Source: Camelus ferus
Lineage: Eukaryota
Reading direction: 5' to 3'
DNA length: 64,000 bases
NCBI RefSeq assembly: GCF_009834535.1
Contig: NC_045697.1
Span: 68,760,001-68,824,000, forward strand
A model generated the notes under the pieces. That model was not told where the DNA came from. It saw nothing but the letters and a program-made list of their open reading frames with translations, and searched no databases. Shown piece after piece: positions 1 through 14,539 of the stretch (position 1 is its first letter; every line of letters begins with the position of its first letter). The translations under genes and the position numbers were made by a program.

Positions 1-307
1 ATTTCTCCAGAGAAGACATTCAGGTGGCCAACAGGCACATGAAAAGATGCTGAACATCGCTAATTATTAGAGAATCACAAATTAAAACTATAATGAGGTC
101 TCAATTCACATCAGTCAGAATGTCCATCATCAAAAAATCTACAAATAATAAATGCTGGAGAAGGTGTGGAGGGAAAAAGAAACCTCCTACATTGTTAGTG
201 GGAATATAAATTGGTGCAGCCACCATGGAGAACAATATGGAGATTTCTTACAACACTAAAAATAGAGTGACCATATGATCCAGTAATCCCACTCCTGGGC
301 ACATATC

Positions 308-383
<76 letters not shown>

Positions 384-401
384 CAGACAGATAGACAGAC
401 A

Positions 402-442
<41 letters not shown>

Positions 443-895
443 ACAATGAAATACTACTGGGCCATAAAAAAGTATAAGATAATGCCATCTGCAACAACTA
501 GATGGCCCTAGAGATTATTATACTAAGTGAAGTCAGAAAGGCAAATATCATATGATATAATTTATATGTCGAATCTTAAAAAATGATTCAAATGAGCTTA
601 TTTACAAAACAGAAAGAGACTCAAGGACATAGAAAACAAACTGTTACCAAAGGAGAAAAGAGGGAAAGGGATAAACTAGGAGTTTGGGATTAACAGATAC
701 ACACTTCTATATAAAAAATAGATTAAAAAAAACCAAGAACCTACTGTATAGCACAAGGAACTATATACTCAATATCTTATAATAACCAATAATGGAAAAA
801 AATCTGAAAAACAATATATATATGTATAACTGAATCACTTTGCTATACATTTGAAACTAATACATATTCTAAATCAACTATACTTCAACAAAAAT
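1..895 (+). mobile_element. LINE-1 3' end (ORF2 C-terminus plus 3' UTR, cetartiodactyl type)
   Basis: Typical L1 motifs: caacaggcacatgaaaagatgc, ataaatgctggagaaggtgtgga, atgatccagtaatcccactcctgggc, aactaggagtttgggattaacagatacacact, ending aaatcaactatacttcaacaaaaa. Confidence 0.92.
310..445. repeat. Compound tetranucleotide microsatellite (GATA)18-(GACA/GATA)6-(GGCA)9-GACA
   Basis: Read directly from the sequence; source of the low-complexity ORF 195-497. Confidence 0.98.
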
Positions 896-2082
896 ACATA
901 TGTACATAAATTCATTGGTTGGCAAATAATAGTTTTATTTCCTTGATGATTTTTAAATCATTATTTTAAATTACTTTTTAGTTAGTTGAGGATCTTTTTT
1001 TATCCATTAGATGAAATACATCAGAGCAGCAAATGTACTGCACTTAGGTTTATAAAATGTTATTTACTTTTTCTCTAAAATTATTTTATACGACAAATTT
1101 TACAAATGGAAATGTTCATTTTCTCTCAAATTACAAAATTAAGATTTTATTATGTTTTTTAATTGAAGTCCAGAATAAAGAGAACAAATGAAAGTATATG
1201 CACGGAATCTTAAGATTCTCAGCCTTTCCTTCCAGCTGCCTGTGTGGAGTGGAAGAGGGATTTGGAAATTGGTCTGCTTCTTAAAAAATCAGTAGTCATA
1301 TAAGGTCAGAATTAAAAAGGGATCTTCTGACTATATTATAACATGTATATCACATGCAAAGAAAAAAACTGGTATATACTCTGAAATTGTTTCGTACTAA
1401 ACCACTATCTTTTTAATTATACACTTGTATTTTTTATCTCCCAATTCAATTGTAAACAACTTAGAGACTAATCTACTTATGTATTCTTCACAGTATACAG
1501 CTCAATTCTTTGCATGCTAGATAGTCAATGAAAGAATAAAATTAGAGAGCAGAGTAAAGAGCTGAATTAGGTAATGTTCCAGGATACTTCAAGTCCCAAA
1601 TTTTATAACCTAAAGTCAATTTTCATATAATATGTACATAAATATTAAGTTATTCCATTTAGCAATCTACTACTTCTGGGTTTAACCTTTATTCAAGTAT
1701 TAGGATATAACATGAGCAAATGAAGTTCATTTAAAACTCAAATGAAGAAAATCTTTAATAAATTTTTTTAAATTAGTTCAGCCAAATTATATTAAAAATT
1801 TGAAAATCTGCTTGCTTATCTGCTACTTGTATCAAGTTATTAAGTAGACTATATAAAATGTAATTGGAATTATAAATATTCACATCAAAGATCTTAAATA
1901 TAATTAAGTTCAATTAGGGCATATTAAGAAAATAAATATACAAACAGAAAAGTGCTAGATCTCTAATAAAATAAAACAATTCAGAATTTTTTGAAATGAC
2001 AATGAAACCAAGGATCTTAATAAGATAATATGAGATCTTATTTATGTCTAATAGGTATCAGATTATTTAAAAATACTGGTCA

Positions 2083-2530
2083 TACACACACACACACACA
2101 CATATACAATGGAATACTGCTCAGCCATAAAGAAGAATGAAATTTTGCTATTTGCAACAATATAGATGGATTTGGAGGTTATTATGCTAAGTGAAATAAG
2201 TCAGACAAATACCGTATGATATCACTTATATGCAGAATCTAAAAAATACAAAAACTAGTGAATATAACAAAAAAGAAACACTCACAAATGTAAGAAACAA
2301 ACTAATGGTTACTGTGGGAAGAGTAAGACGGGAGGGGCATAAAGGGGTAGGAGACTCAGGTACAAACTATTATATAAAGTAAGCTACAAGAATATATTCA
2401 ATATAGGAAATGTAGCCAATATTTTATAATAACTAAAAATGGAGCATAATCTTTAAAAATTGTGAGTCACTATATTGTATATCTGTAACATACAATATTA
2501 TACATCATCTGTATTTCAATTTAAAGAAAA
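2083..2530 (+). mobile_element. LINE-1 3' UTR fragment, preceded by (CA)n
   Basis: acaatggaatactgctcagccataaagaagaatgaaattttgc...atgctaagtgaaataagtcagac...tacaaactatt...gaaatgtagccaatattttataataac. Confidence 0.88.
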
Positions 2531-5500
2531 CAGGCCACATATGTCTCTGATCTGTCAGCAGTTAACTGAAATTACTGAAATATAGAAATGAAGGTAGAAC
2601 AGTCTTATAGAATAGTGAAGAAAAATTGGCATCACATTTACTAATTCAATAAATAATCATTAATTATTACACCAGGAAATCTAACTGAAGATCTTTCACT
2701 CAGACAGAGATCAGAAAGACATTTATACATCTTTATTAACTTATATATTTTCTGCTACAGAAATAAAACAATTTTAAAGCTTGACTGCTTATTCATCCAG
2801 CACTGAACCACTACACTTCAGTCACAAAAGAAGGTAATAAACAACTTTTTCATTCATCTGAATATGCTTTCTGATGTTAGTTTTACTTTTTTAGTCAATC
2901 TTTGGGCTACAGAAAGGAAATAATACAAGATTGAGAGAAAAGCATCTGAGGACTTAAATGACAGGGGACTCTGTATTTGTAAGCAGCTATATTCACATCT
3001 TCCTTCTTATCATCAAGAAACTGAAAAATATTTTGATCCATATAAGGTAGTATGTGTCATACATAGAAAAAGGTACTATTTAAAACTGTCACTTATATAT
3101 GAAAGGCTTATTTAGGATATTTATGTCTCTTTCTTCTCTCTTAAGTGGAAAGGTTGATTTATTGCAAGGGGAAAATACAGCACTCATTGATGGTGGTTGT
3201 GATACTTGCTATTTTATATACAAAACAATTAGTAACTTCCAGATAGGGAAGTAGATAGACAGTTTACATGATTATTAAACAGTGTATTTGCTAGATAAGT
3301 TTAGGAAGACTTCTCTCCTTTTTGGAACAAAAAAATGACAACATAATAGTAATATAACAGCAAGAGACATTAAATAATGGTATAATTTAATTGTAGAGAT
3401 GTTTGGAACTCATAATATTAAACAGAATAAGCTTTAAGAACTATGTTTAGTTTTTAACCACTTAACTTCATTTAAGACACTGGTCTTTCAGGAGGAAGTC
3501 TTACTTAGGAATTCTTCAGTTTTCATGAAAATAAGTTAAAAAGAAAATTCAGATCATCAACTTTGACATCTCAAAATTTCATAAGGAGAGAAAAATGCCA
3601 AAATTTCATAGGGAGAGAAAATGCCAAACCATGTATATCTTCTCTCTCCATAATTTTATTTATTTGCATAAAATAATACCCATAAAATTTTCAATTTTTC
3701 TTTTGTCTTATAATTGGAAATATTTTCTCTAAAACTTTCACTCATATTTCAGGGTTTGAGAAGCCTTAAAACTAATTTTACACTTAAAGGATATTTAAAT
3801 CCTTAAGGCAGTTACTGAAGCAAAAGTACTTTTTCTAGGCCAGCACTTTTTATATATAGCTTCCAATAGTTAGGAATACAAAAGTATTTACTTCTATAGG
3901 GTGAATACTGTCATCACCTTTCTTTCCCAGTAAATTACAGCAGTTGATTTTTTTTACGTTTTATTGACAATAGCAAGTCAGAATGATGTATATTTCAAAC
4001 TCATGAAAATAAAGTTCAAGCTACTATATGAGAGTCAATTATGAAGAAATTAATGTTTTCCACGACATGAAATGAACTATCTTACATGATTTTAAGACAA
4101 CTGATACAGGCGGTAGCCAGAAGGTGACCTATTCTAATCCTTAGGGGGATAATATGAATCCGGGCAAGTGAGGACTAATCTAAGACCATCTTTATATAAA
4201 AAGCAAGGACTATTCCTGATTCCTGATTCTACAAACTGATATGGATATGCAAGGTCCAACATTCCTAATCAATGTTGAGGAAACGAATAATTTAATAGCT
4301 CTCTCCATAAAATACCTGGTGGTCAGAGAGCTCACTCTGAAGGAGGAGAGAGTTTAGGGTACCCTAGCTTGTTTAAGCAACCTGGCTGAACATAGGTGGC
4401 ATTAGTTTGTACATGTAGCTACTAATTTACAAGATCCCATTAAAATTGCTATCTTCTAGCTTGTAGAGCTAAGAAAGGAAGGAGCTAAGGAAGAAAAAGA
4501 ATGTTCAAGGCAAATAAAGTAACTTGAGACTGAAAAACTCTGAGTGAAAGGATATATTAATTTGTAGCCATAATTCCCTTTGCTTAAGAGAAGAACCATT
4601 GAACATGAGCATAGACAGGTCAATATCAATTGCCCCGGGAATGACTAGGTCAACATCAATGGCAGAATCAGTGAAGAAGAAACATCACTGCACTAAGTAC
4701 CAATAGCTAGTCAGAACATAATTAGTGAAGTAAAGGCTAAGGGAGGAGCACACTGAAACTTGAAGGGCATCATCCTCAGTACGGGGTAGTATCAGGAGAA
4801 AGAAAGGGCCACAGGGAGTACATTTTGGCACTTGTCAGTTATTAACTGTCATAGAGGACACAAAACTCATCTCTGACTTTCTTGGAGAAGAAAATAGTTG
4901 ATATTTCTAATGATTTTACTATTGAGAATTCAAAGCAAAGTCTCCTTCCCTTACTACTTCTATTATCACTGATTCTCCTCCAACAATGATTCTAATCCAC
5001 AAACCTCAACTTATAAACAAGGTGCTATGGCCTGGTAAACCAGAGTTTATATTTTAGGAGAATATGAAAATGAGTTATTAGGAAAACCAGAGATAAGAAT
5101 TCGGTAACTGTTGAAAAAAGTGTATTTTCCTTGGCTACAAACATGGTAGTTTATCAAGAAGTTGACGCTGAAATACTACTTTGAAGAAATAATGAAACTT
5201 CTACATTGCAATCAGAACAACAGAGTAGAAAAGAACATAGTTTTCATTTGGGTAAGATTTTTTTCTGCCTTCATAGATCCTTAAAGTATACCTTAGGCAA
5301 AAGCACTTCTTGGTAGTAAAATTAGTGATGGCTTAGATAAGTTTTAGGCACACTGAAACTCACACAGAAAAGAATATATTTCAATGTAACTGATTAAAAT
5401 AACATTAATTCAACTCAAAAATAGGTTAAATCGATGTGGATCTGGTTCCTTTCTACTCTCCCTATTTTTGATATTGTTACCTTCAAATCATCACCCAATA

Positions 5501-8114
5501 CCATTGCAAAAATCATATATTTCACCCAAATTTTTGACCACAGTAATCCATTGTCTATGCAAAATACATGTAACCTTTCCAGTTTTAAAAATACTTTAGA
5601 TAGATAATTCCATGAATAAGTACTGTGTTAAATCCAGTACACATATATAGGAAAGAGGTTTGCAATATTGCAACTAGCATGGCCAGAGCTTCATTGTTTT
5701 CTTGACAACACTGCCTCATGCTGGGTAGAAATTGTGACTCTCTACTCCTTCTCTGAATTATCAAAGATAGAGGTATTTTTTGCTAATAAGCTATGATTCT
5801 TAAACTACATAGTTCTGGTGTTACGGTGAGGGTTATAGTTCCCTGTGAGGATATTATGAAAACTATCCACAGAAAAATACCCAAGGGTTTGAGCACACAG
5901 TATTTTGCTTTTCTTTTAAAGGGCTTATGGAGTCCATGAAAATGATCCATAATATATAATCACCCAATCTTTCTAGGTTGAAACCAGTTCTTAAGGTCCA
6001 AAGATCTGTCTCTATTTCAGTATAATAACTAGCAACAGGATTAACCTGGAATCCTTTCAGGACATAGTAGAGCATTTCATACCTCTGACAGGTACGTCAA
6101 GACCTAGTACGATAGGCTGAAAACAGATTTCCTGGGATAGACCTTGACAAGTCTCCCAAAACTTAGTAGGAAGTTCATAAGATTATCAAGAGCTCTGTAA
6201 GCAGAAATGAAGGGGAACAATTAAACCAAGACTGTAGTCCATGGAGAGTCAAAGATCTCTTTGGAATGGCAAATGACAGGCACCTTTTAAGAGTTAACTT
6301 TGGGGTTTTAAGTAATGTATTATGACATTTATATCTGAAGAGCAAAACTGATTTCTAAAACCAAAAGTTTAAATCACATTTCCAAAGGAAATGAAATACT
6401 ATCTCAGAAACTTTAAAACTATGGTATAAAGCTGGATTTTATTTAAAAATGAAAGTTTAAGTCACATTTTAAAATAATATATTTTATAGCTATAAAAAAT
6501 ATTTTCTACAAAGATAATATGGGTATTTGGAAATAGGAATGAACCTTCATCCAAAAAACTTGTAATTTAAATCAACCCTTATCATTTTCTATTAGCAATT
6601 TGTCAAGAAAAAATAAAGGAAATAATATTTTAAAATATTAAAAAGTTAAAACTGGGTTTTACTTAATTTATATGAACCTATAACAGTCTATTTCTACTCA
6701 GAAATCATGAGTGTCTACCTATAGTTAAGGGTAAAAAACAAAGACTACATATTGTTTAATATACTTTGTTTCTAATATTGTCTACATGTCTAATGTCATA
6801 CCATCCACCTTATATTTTAGCAATACTGAAAATGAAAGCTTGCTAAAAATATTTTATTCTCTTATGTCTCTTTGAGTTTGCATATATCATTGCTTTTACC
6901 TAGAACATGCTCCTTTTTCTTGTACAAATAAAAAACTCCCATTAATTTCATATTTCATATAAAATATTTTCTGAAGATTTCCTGACTCCATTTGATTGAC
7001 TTACATCTTGGTACTTTTCATCAAATCCAATACAATAATTATTTTATTATAATTAAAATATTTATATTTTTTCTCCTTACCAAATTGCTACATATTTGAG
7101 AACAAAGACTTTTCATTTTTGGATCCTCAGCGCCTAAGCCATACTGGGTGCCTATTTATAAACTAGAAATAAATGAATATAGCCATGAAATAAAAGCATA
7201 GTAACAATGACTACAATTTATGGATTCAACTATTTATCAAGTATAGCAATAAATGGTTTTTGGTACAATTTTTGTATGACATTTTTAGTAGTTTTTTATC
7301 CTTATATCTCATTTATTAAATGACTGAAGGGAGACTGAGACTAAGTTTTTTCCTAATCCAATGAACCTACCTTTTCTCTGTAACTGTGGCTTTAAATTTT
7401 TTCTTTTTAACTTTGAGCAGTGAAACTGTTTCTCTAATGTAATTTTACGTAAGTGTATAACATATTAAACATAGAAAATCAAGCCACTCCAGTTGAAGCA
7501 GATAATGGAGGTCTAAACACATACCTCGTGTCTTTTTATCTCTTGTAAGTGGCACTTTGGAGGCAATATGAACAATCTAATGCCCTAGAAAATTTGTTTT
7601 CAATACCCCGATCATATACTGCCTTATTTCTTTTTATTTACTCTCAAGATTGTGCATAGGCAATTCTGTATATTAGAAAATAATCTAGATAGCAGTTTCT
7701 AAAGCAGTCTTCTCAACTTTCTTCTGTAATATCTACAAAGTCCCCCCAAAACTTGAGAAACTTCTTATAATAATAAAAGCCTCATCTGTCAGAATCTGAG
7801 AGAAAAAGATACTAATATCAAGCCAACTGGAGCTCATCTGAGACTAACAATTGGTATCTAACATGTATCTTTATCAAGTAATAATGAACAAAATCAAAGA
7901 AAGAAAAGATGATTTGGAGATATTTTATCACTCTTCAAATTTTATATTCTCATAATCAGAAGTTGAACAAAAATTATGAGACTCAAATGGTAAATTTCTG
8001 AAACTCCTTTCCAATGTATTTACACTTCTTTTGAAAAATCTAGAGAACTGTTTGTCTTTCATTACATTAATATATCAAGAAAGCTAAAATATAAAGAGCA
8101 AGAGTAGAATCTTA

Positions 8115-8580
8115 AATGCATAAAACTAAATGAAAGAAGTCAATCTGAAAAGTCTATATACTGTATGATTGCAACTTTATGATATTCTAGAAAAAGCAAA
8201 ACTATGATCCTAAAATTATCAGTGGTTGCCAATGGATAGGGAGATGAATAAGCAGAATACAGAGGATTTTTAGGGCATTGAAAATACTTTGTGTGATATT
8301 ACAATGATGAGTATATATCATTGTATATTTTTCCAAGCCCACAGAATGCACAACACTTAGAGTAAATCCTAAGGTAAACTATAGGCTTTGGGTGGTTGTA
8401 ATGTGACAATGTAGGTTCACCCTTGGTTACAAATACAATATTCTGATGAGTGATGTGATTAATGGGGGATCTATGCATGTATGGGGGACAAGCAGAACAT
8501 GGGAAATATCTGTACTTCCCTCAAAAATCTGTTGTAAATCTAAAACTGCTCTTAAAAATATAAAGTCTTTTTAAAAAGCA
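8115..8580 (+). mobile_element. Old LINE-1 3' UTR (L1MC/L1MD-like)
   Basis: aaatgaaagaagtcaatctgaaaag...tatactgtatgatt...cagtggttgcca...gtaaactataggctttgggtg...gggaaatatctgtacttccc...ctaaaactgctcttaaaaat. Confidence 0.8.
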
Positions 8581-8675
8581 AGAATATAATTTAAAATGTT
8601 GCTGATGGTACTAATGATCAGAATTACATTAATAAAGTATCTAACTAGTAACATGGGATTGGAAAAAAAGTTAAA

Positions 8676-8737
8676 ATTCATTCAAAAATTGAACAAATTT
8701 TTACTGAGTCCCTATTATATACCAAGCACTGTTGTTA
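8676..8737 (-). mobile_element. L2 3'-terminal fragment abutting the L1
   Basis: ttcattcaaaaattgaacaaatttttactgagtccctattatataccaagcactgt resembles the reverse complement of the L2 3' end. Confidence 0.55.
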
Positions 8738-11700
8738 AGCAAAAGAGGAAAAAAGAAACAAGGAAACTACATAACAGCCAGGAAACAGTAAGATGGCATT
8801 AGTAAGTCCTTACCTGTAACAGTTAAGTTAAATGTAAACTGATTAAATTATCCAATCTAAAAGTATAGAGTGGCTAGATCAACAAAAAAATAAGACTGAA
8901 GCACATGCTACCTTAAAGAAAAAACTCACTTTAGCTTTAAGGACACATATAGACTCAAAGTGAAGGAATGGAAAAAGATATTCCATATAATGGAAAACAA
9001 AAGAAAACAAGAATAGCTAATTTACATCAGGTAAAATAGACTCTAAGTCAAAAACTGTAAAAAGAGACAAAGAAAGTCATTATATAATGATAAAGAGGTC
9101 AATTCATCCAGAGGATATAATGATTATATATATGCACCCAGTATCAAAGCACTTGAATGTATTAGGAAAAAATTAACAGATCTTAAGAAAGAAATAGACA
9201 ACAAAACAAAAATAGTAGAGGGCTTCAACACCATACTTTGAAAAAAACGGATAGAAAATCAATGAAGAAACAACAGATTTAAACTACATCTTAGACAAGT
9301 GAACTTAAGTATATAAAGAACATTCCATCTAACAGCAGAACACACTCTTCTCAACGCACATGGAACTGTCTACAGAAGGAATAACACGTTAGGTCACAAA
9401 ACAAATCTTCACAAATGTAAGAAGACTGAAATACCAAATATCTTTTCTGAAAACAATGGTATGAAGCTAGAAATCAATAATGGGGTAAAACTGGAAAATT
9501 CACAAATAATGTGGATTAATTAAACAACATACTCCTAAACAATCAATGGATCAAAAAGAAATCAAAAGGGAAGTAAAAAAAAAAAAAAAAAGGCAACTTC
9601 AAACAAACAAACAAAATGGAAACACATTAAACCAAAACTTAATGGAATATTGTGAAAGTTGTTCTAAGAGGAAGGTTTATAGGAAAAAAATGCCCACATT
9701 AAGAAAAAAAATTATAAATAAATTATCCTTACTTCTTATGGAATTAGAAAAAGAAGAACTAACTCCAAAGTTAGTAGAAGGAAGGAGACAAACTTCAGAG
9801 CAGAAATGAAATAGAGACCAAGAAACAATGGAAAAGATTAACAAAACAAAGAACTGATATTTTGAGAAGATAAAGAAAACTGACCAACCTTTAGCTGGAC
9901 AGAGGGAAAAAAGAGAGAAGATTCAAATAAATGAAATCATAAGTGAAAGAGGAGATATTACAATTCACACCACAGGAATATAAAGGATCCTAAGAGACTA
10001 CTATAAACAATTGTACACCACTATATTGGATAACCTAGGAAAAAATGGGTAAATTTCTAGAAACATACAACCTACCAAGACTGAGTCATAAAGAAAAAGA
10101 AAATATGAATAAACCTTAATGACTAAGGAGACTGAAGTGGTAATAAAAAACTTCCCAACAACAGTTTAGGACCAGATGGTTTCACTGTTAAATTCCACAA
10201 CACATTTCAAGAATTAATGTCAATTCTTTTCAAACTCTTCCAAAAAATTGAACAGAAGGGAATACTCCCAAACTCATTTTATAATGCCAGCATTACCCTC
10301 ATAGCAAAGCTAGATAATAAGGCTACAAAAATTAAAAAGTACAGGCCAATATCCCTGATGAATATACATGCAAAAAGTCTTAACAAAATATAGCAAACCA
10401 AATTCAACAGCATCTTAAAAGGGTCATAGACAATGATCAAATGGGATTTATCCCTTAGAAGCAAGAATGGTTCACCAAAAACAAATTAATAAACATGAAT
10501 GCACAAGATTAATACAATGAAAATAAAAATCATATGATCATCTCAATACATGCAAAAAAACTATTAGACAAAATTCAACATTCATTTAAAAAAAAAATCA
10601 ACAAATTGGGTATAGAATGAATGTACCACAACATAATAGTGGCCATTTATGACAAGCCTACGGCTGATATCATAATCAACAGTAAAAAGTTGAAACTTTG
10701 CTGCTATGATCAGGAACAAGACAAGGATGACCACTCTAAACACTATTTAACATAGCACTGGAATAGAACAATTGGGTAAGAAAAAGAAACAATAGTCATT
10801 CAAATTGTAAAGGAAAAAATACATTTTTTTTCTGTTTGCAGATGAAATGAACTTACATATAGAAATAACAAATAAATTCAATAAAATTGCAGAATAAAAA
10901 ATGACATAAAAGTCAATTATATTCCTATACACTAACAACAAACTATCTATAAAACAAATGAAGAAACAATACCATTTATAATAGTATCAAAAATAATAAA
11001 AAAATTTAGGAATAAACGCAACCAAGGAGGTAAAATATCTGTACACTGAAAATTATAAGACATTGATGAAAGAAATTATAGATACAAATAAATGGCAAGA
11101 TATCCCATGTTCATGGATTGAAAGAATCAATAACAAAATATCCATTCTACTTGTCATCTACTGATTCAATACAATACCTATCAAAATTTCAATGGCATTT
11201 TTCACAGAAATAGATAAATAAAGCTAAAATTTATATAAAATCATAAAAGACCCCGAGTAGCCAAGGTATTCCTGGGAAAAAAACAACAAAGCTAGAGACA
11301 TCACATCTCTTAATTTCAAACTATATCACAAATCTGTGGTAATCAAAACTGGCATTAAAAACAGACACATAACCAATGGAACAAATTGAGAGCCCAGAAA
11401 CGAACTGTTGTATGTATGTTCAACTAATCTTTGACAAGGGTGTCACAAATACACAATGGGAAAAGGATAGTATCTTCAATAAATGATGCTTGGAAAATTG
11501 AATATCCACATGAAAAAGAACGAATGAAACTGGACCTTACACCACTCACAATAATTAAATCAAAATGGTCTAAAGTCTTAAACTGAACACCTGAAACTAT
11601 AAAACTCCTAGCAGGAAGATAAACCAAAGTTTCCTGACACTGGTCTTGGCAATGATTTTTCTTGATATGACATCTAAACTATAAGCAAAAATAAGCAAAT

Positions 11701-12845
11701 GGGACTACATCAAACTAAAAAGCTTCTGCACAGCAAAAGAAACAATCAATGAAATGAAAAAGCAACCAAAGAAATGGGAGAAAACATTTGCAAACCATAT
11801 ATCTGAGAAGGGATTAATATCAAAATATAAAAGTAATTCATACAACTCAATAGCAAAAATTATAAAAAATAATCCAATTAAAAATGGACAGAGGACTTGA
11901 ATAAATGTTCTTCCAAAGATAACATACAAACAGCCAAAAGGTACATGAAAAGATGCTCAAAATCATTAATCATCAGGGGAAGGCAAATCAAAACCACAAA
12001 AAATACCACCTCACAACTGTCAGAATAGCTATTATCAGAAAGACAAGAATAATAAATGTTGGCAAGAATGGGAAGAAAAGGAAACCTTTGTGTACTACTG
12101 GTGGGACTGTCAATTGGTACAGCCATTATGGAAGTTCCTCAAAAATTAAATATAGAACTGTCATGTTGTTCAGTAACCCACCCCTTGGTTTACATCTGAA
12201 GAAAGTGAATCACTATATTTTAGAGACTTCTGCACCCCCATTTCATTGCAGCATTATTCACAATAGCCAAGACATGGAAACAACTTGTGTCCATCAAAGG
12301 ATAAATAGATGAAGAAAATGTTATACCCGTGTGCGCGCGCACACACACACACTGGAATGTTTTAAAAAGAAGGAAATCCTGCCATTTGCAATAATATGAA
12401 TAAACCTTGAGGGCTTTATGCTAAGTGAAATTAGTCATCAGAAAAAGATAAATACTGTATGATCTCACTTTATCTGGGATCTTAAAAAGCTGAACGTTTA
12501 GAAATAGAAAATAAATTAGTGATTGCCAAAGGCTGGGGAGTAGGAGAAATTGGGAGAGGTTAGGTAAAAGGTACAAAGTTTCAGTTAGAAGATGATTAAG
12601 TACTAGGGATGTAATGTAAGCATGGTAACTATAGTTAACAATACTGTATCATACAATTTGAAGTTGCTAAGAGAGTAAATCTTAAATGCTATCACCACAA
12701 AAAAAAGGTAATTATGTGAGATGATGGAGGTGTTACCTTATTGTGCTAATCACTTTGCAATACACATGCTCACAAAATCATCATGTTGTACACCTTAAAC
12801 TTACACTATATGCTAATTATATCTCAATAAAGTAGAAAAACTATA
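8738..12845 (+). mobile_element. 5'-truncated LINE-1 (L1MA-like) with degenerate ORF2 (endonuclease, RT, C-terminal domain) and 3' UTR
   Basis: ORF2-like start ATGGCATTAGTAAGTCCTTAC at 8793; endonuclease-region sequence (gaatggaaaaagatattcc, cattatataatgataaagaggtcaattc); RT-region sequence (ggaccagatggtttcactg, tacaggccaatatccctgatgaa); FADE at 10835-10846 in place of FADD; 3' UTR ending tatctcaataaagtagaaaaa. Many frameshifts and stops. Confidence 0.95.
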
Positions 12846-13249
12846 CTAAAAATAAACTTGTACTACTGAATTTTAATTAAGTTCAGTAGAATTTGATTTT
12901 TTAAAGAAGTATTTTAATTTTTTCTGTAATATTTAAATGAAGAATATTTTAAACCTGAATTCATTGAAGTTTCTTCTATCTCATTTTAATATTGTCACAT
13001 AATAATTATTAACTTTAAATTCCAGAAAATAATGTGTAACCTTATCTAATCTTTAAAAACACATGTTTTCTAGTCAGAAGACTTCCTCAACAAGAGGATG
13101 TGAATCAATCAATAAAACCTACTGCTATTTTGAAAGAACATTTCCCTATTTTTCTCACTGAGAACTAAGTCAGTAATAAATCTTTACTTCTAGATAAAAA
13201 TTAGTAATTTAATCCTAGGAAGAAAATCCATTTTGTTAACTTATACTAT

Positions 13250-13345
13250 AAACATTTATTGATACAATACTATGTGCCAGCTTCTGTGGTTGAAACCCTA
13301 CTAAATTAAATAAATTCTTAACCTCATGGAGTTCAGAATCTACCA
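13250..13345 (-). mobile_element. L2 fragment
   Basis: aacatttattgatacaatactatgtgccag...cctcatggagttcagaatcta. Confidence 0.55.
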
Positions 13346-14539
13346 TTAGGAGCTGACTGGCACTATAAGTGAACATCATAAACCTTCTAAAATTGTATGC
13401 AGTTTTTGTTAAAAGTATATATGCATTTGCCCTCTAAGTAAAGAGCTTCTAGGTTTTACTAGCTATTCAAAAGTGTCCATTAGAGTGAACTAGTAAATGT
13501 CAAAAACTAGACGGAACATAAGAGACAAACAGATTAGCCTGTAACTGAAATATAATGGGTAAAGATATGTTCTAATGACAACTTGGACCAAAAAAAAAAA
13601 AAAAGGAGAAAACTAATTCTGTCTACAAAACTCAAGAGAATTCATGAAAGAATAAAAATGGCAAGCAGACCCCACAAATGCAGGTGCACAACATTAGAAA
13701 ACTGTAGTTATTATAAATATTATTGTAAAGACCACCGACATCTGACAGTTTGGGATCCAGAGGGGACATGAGATACTAAAAAATCTCTAACTATCTTGAA
13801 GTAGACGTCATACATGTTTAAGTACTTTTCAAAAATATCGCATGTTGCAATCTTAAAACAGTTTTATAAATTTCTAGAATCACCATAAGTAGAAAATTGA
13901 AAAAGTAAAATAATTAGGGCAAACACATTCTTAAGAGTCACCAACTTAAACTTATTAAACATGATAAAGAAAAAGAGAAGCGTCAAATTAAAAAATAACA
14001 AGCTATAACAAACAAACCTTGTAATTAATTCCTCAGCATGTCAGCTTAAAAGAACTTTTCCTTTAAAGAAGGAAAATAATGAAAGAAAATTACTTGTTCA
14101 AAGAAAGTTTTCAATTATTAAAAGAAACAAATGGTGCTGGGAAGACAAAACATTACAGGGTCAGTTCTCAACAAAACAGTTACCTTGGGGTGCAGTATTT
14201 AGAAGATACATTAGTTTGAAATTTCAGGCAATACTTTAATTAAACTTCATTATTAAATCCATAAGTAGTTTTCCCCAAACATGTAGAAATAATTTTCTAC
14301 AATAAATGACTAGGAAGAAGTATAAATATGTTCATAAAATCTTAATGAAAGAAAAAGGAAAGGCATCTTTAAATACCAGAAATACTAGTGGATACATCGT
14401 TTATGACAAACGTATCACAAAATGAAAAAGGATAACATTAGATTTACCGGCATTTATAATCTATGGACACCATTAAAATCACTTTTAAAAAGGAGTGGGG
14501 AAGTACTCAGCTAAAGATTTAATGTGATTTAATATGACC

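Noticed and set aside
195..497. 100-aa ORF with LPAC/YLSI repeats
   Set aside because: It is the translation of the GATA/GGCA microsatellite and antisense L1.
9546..12312. ORFs within the large L1 as an active ORF2
   Set aside because: Numerous frameshifts and stops, and an altered RT catalytic motif.
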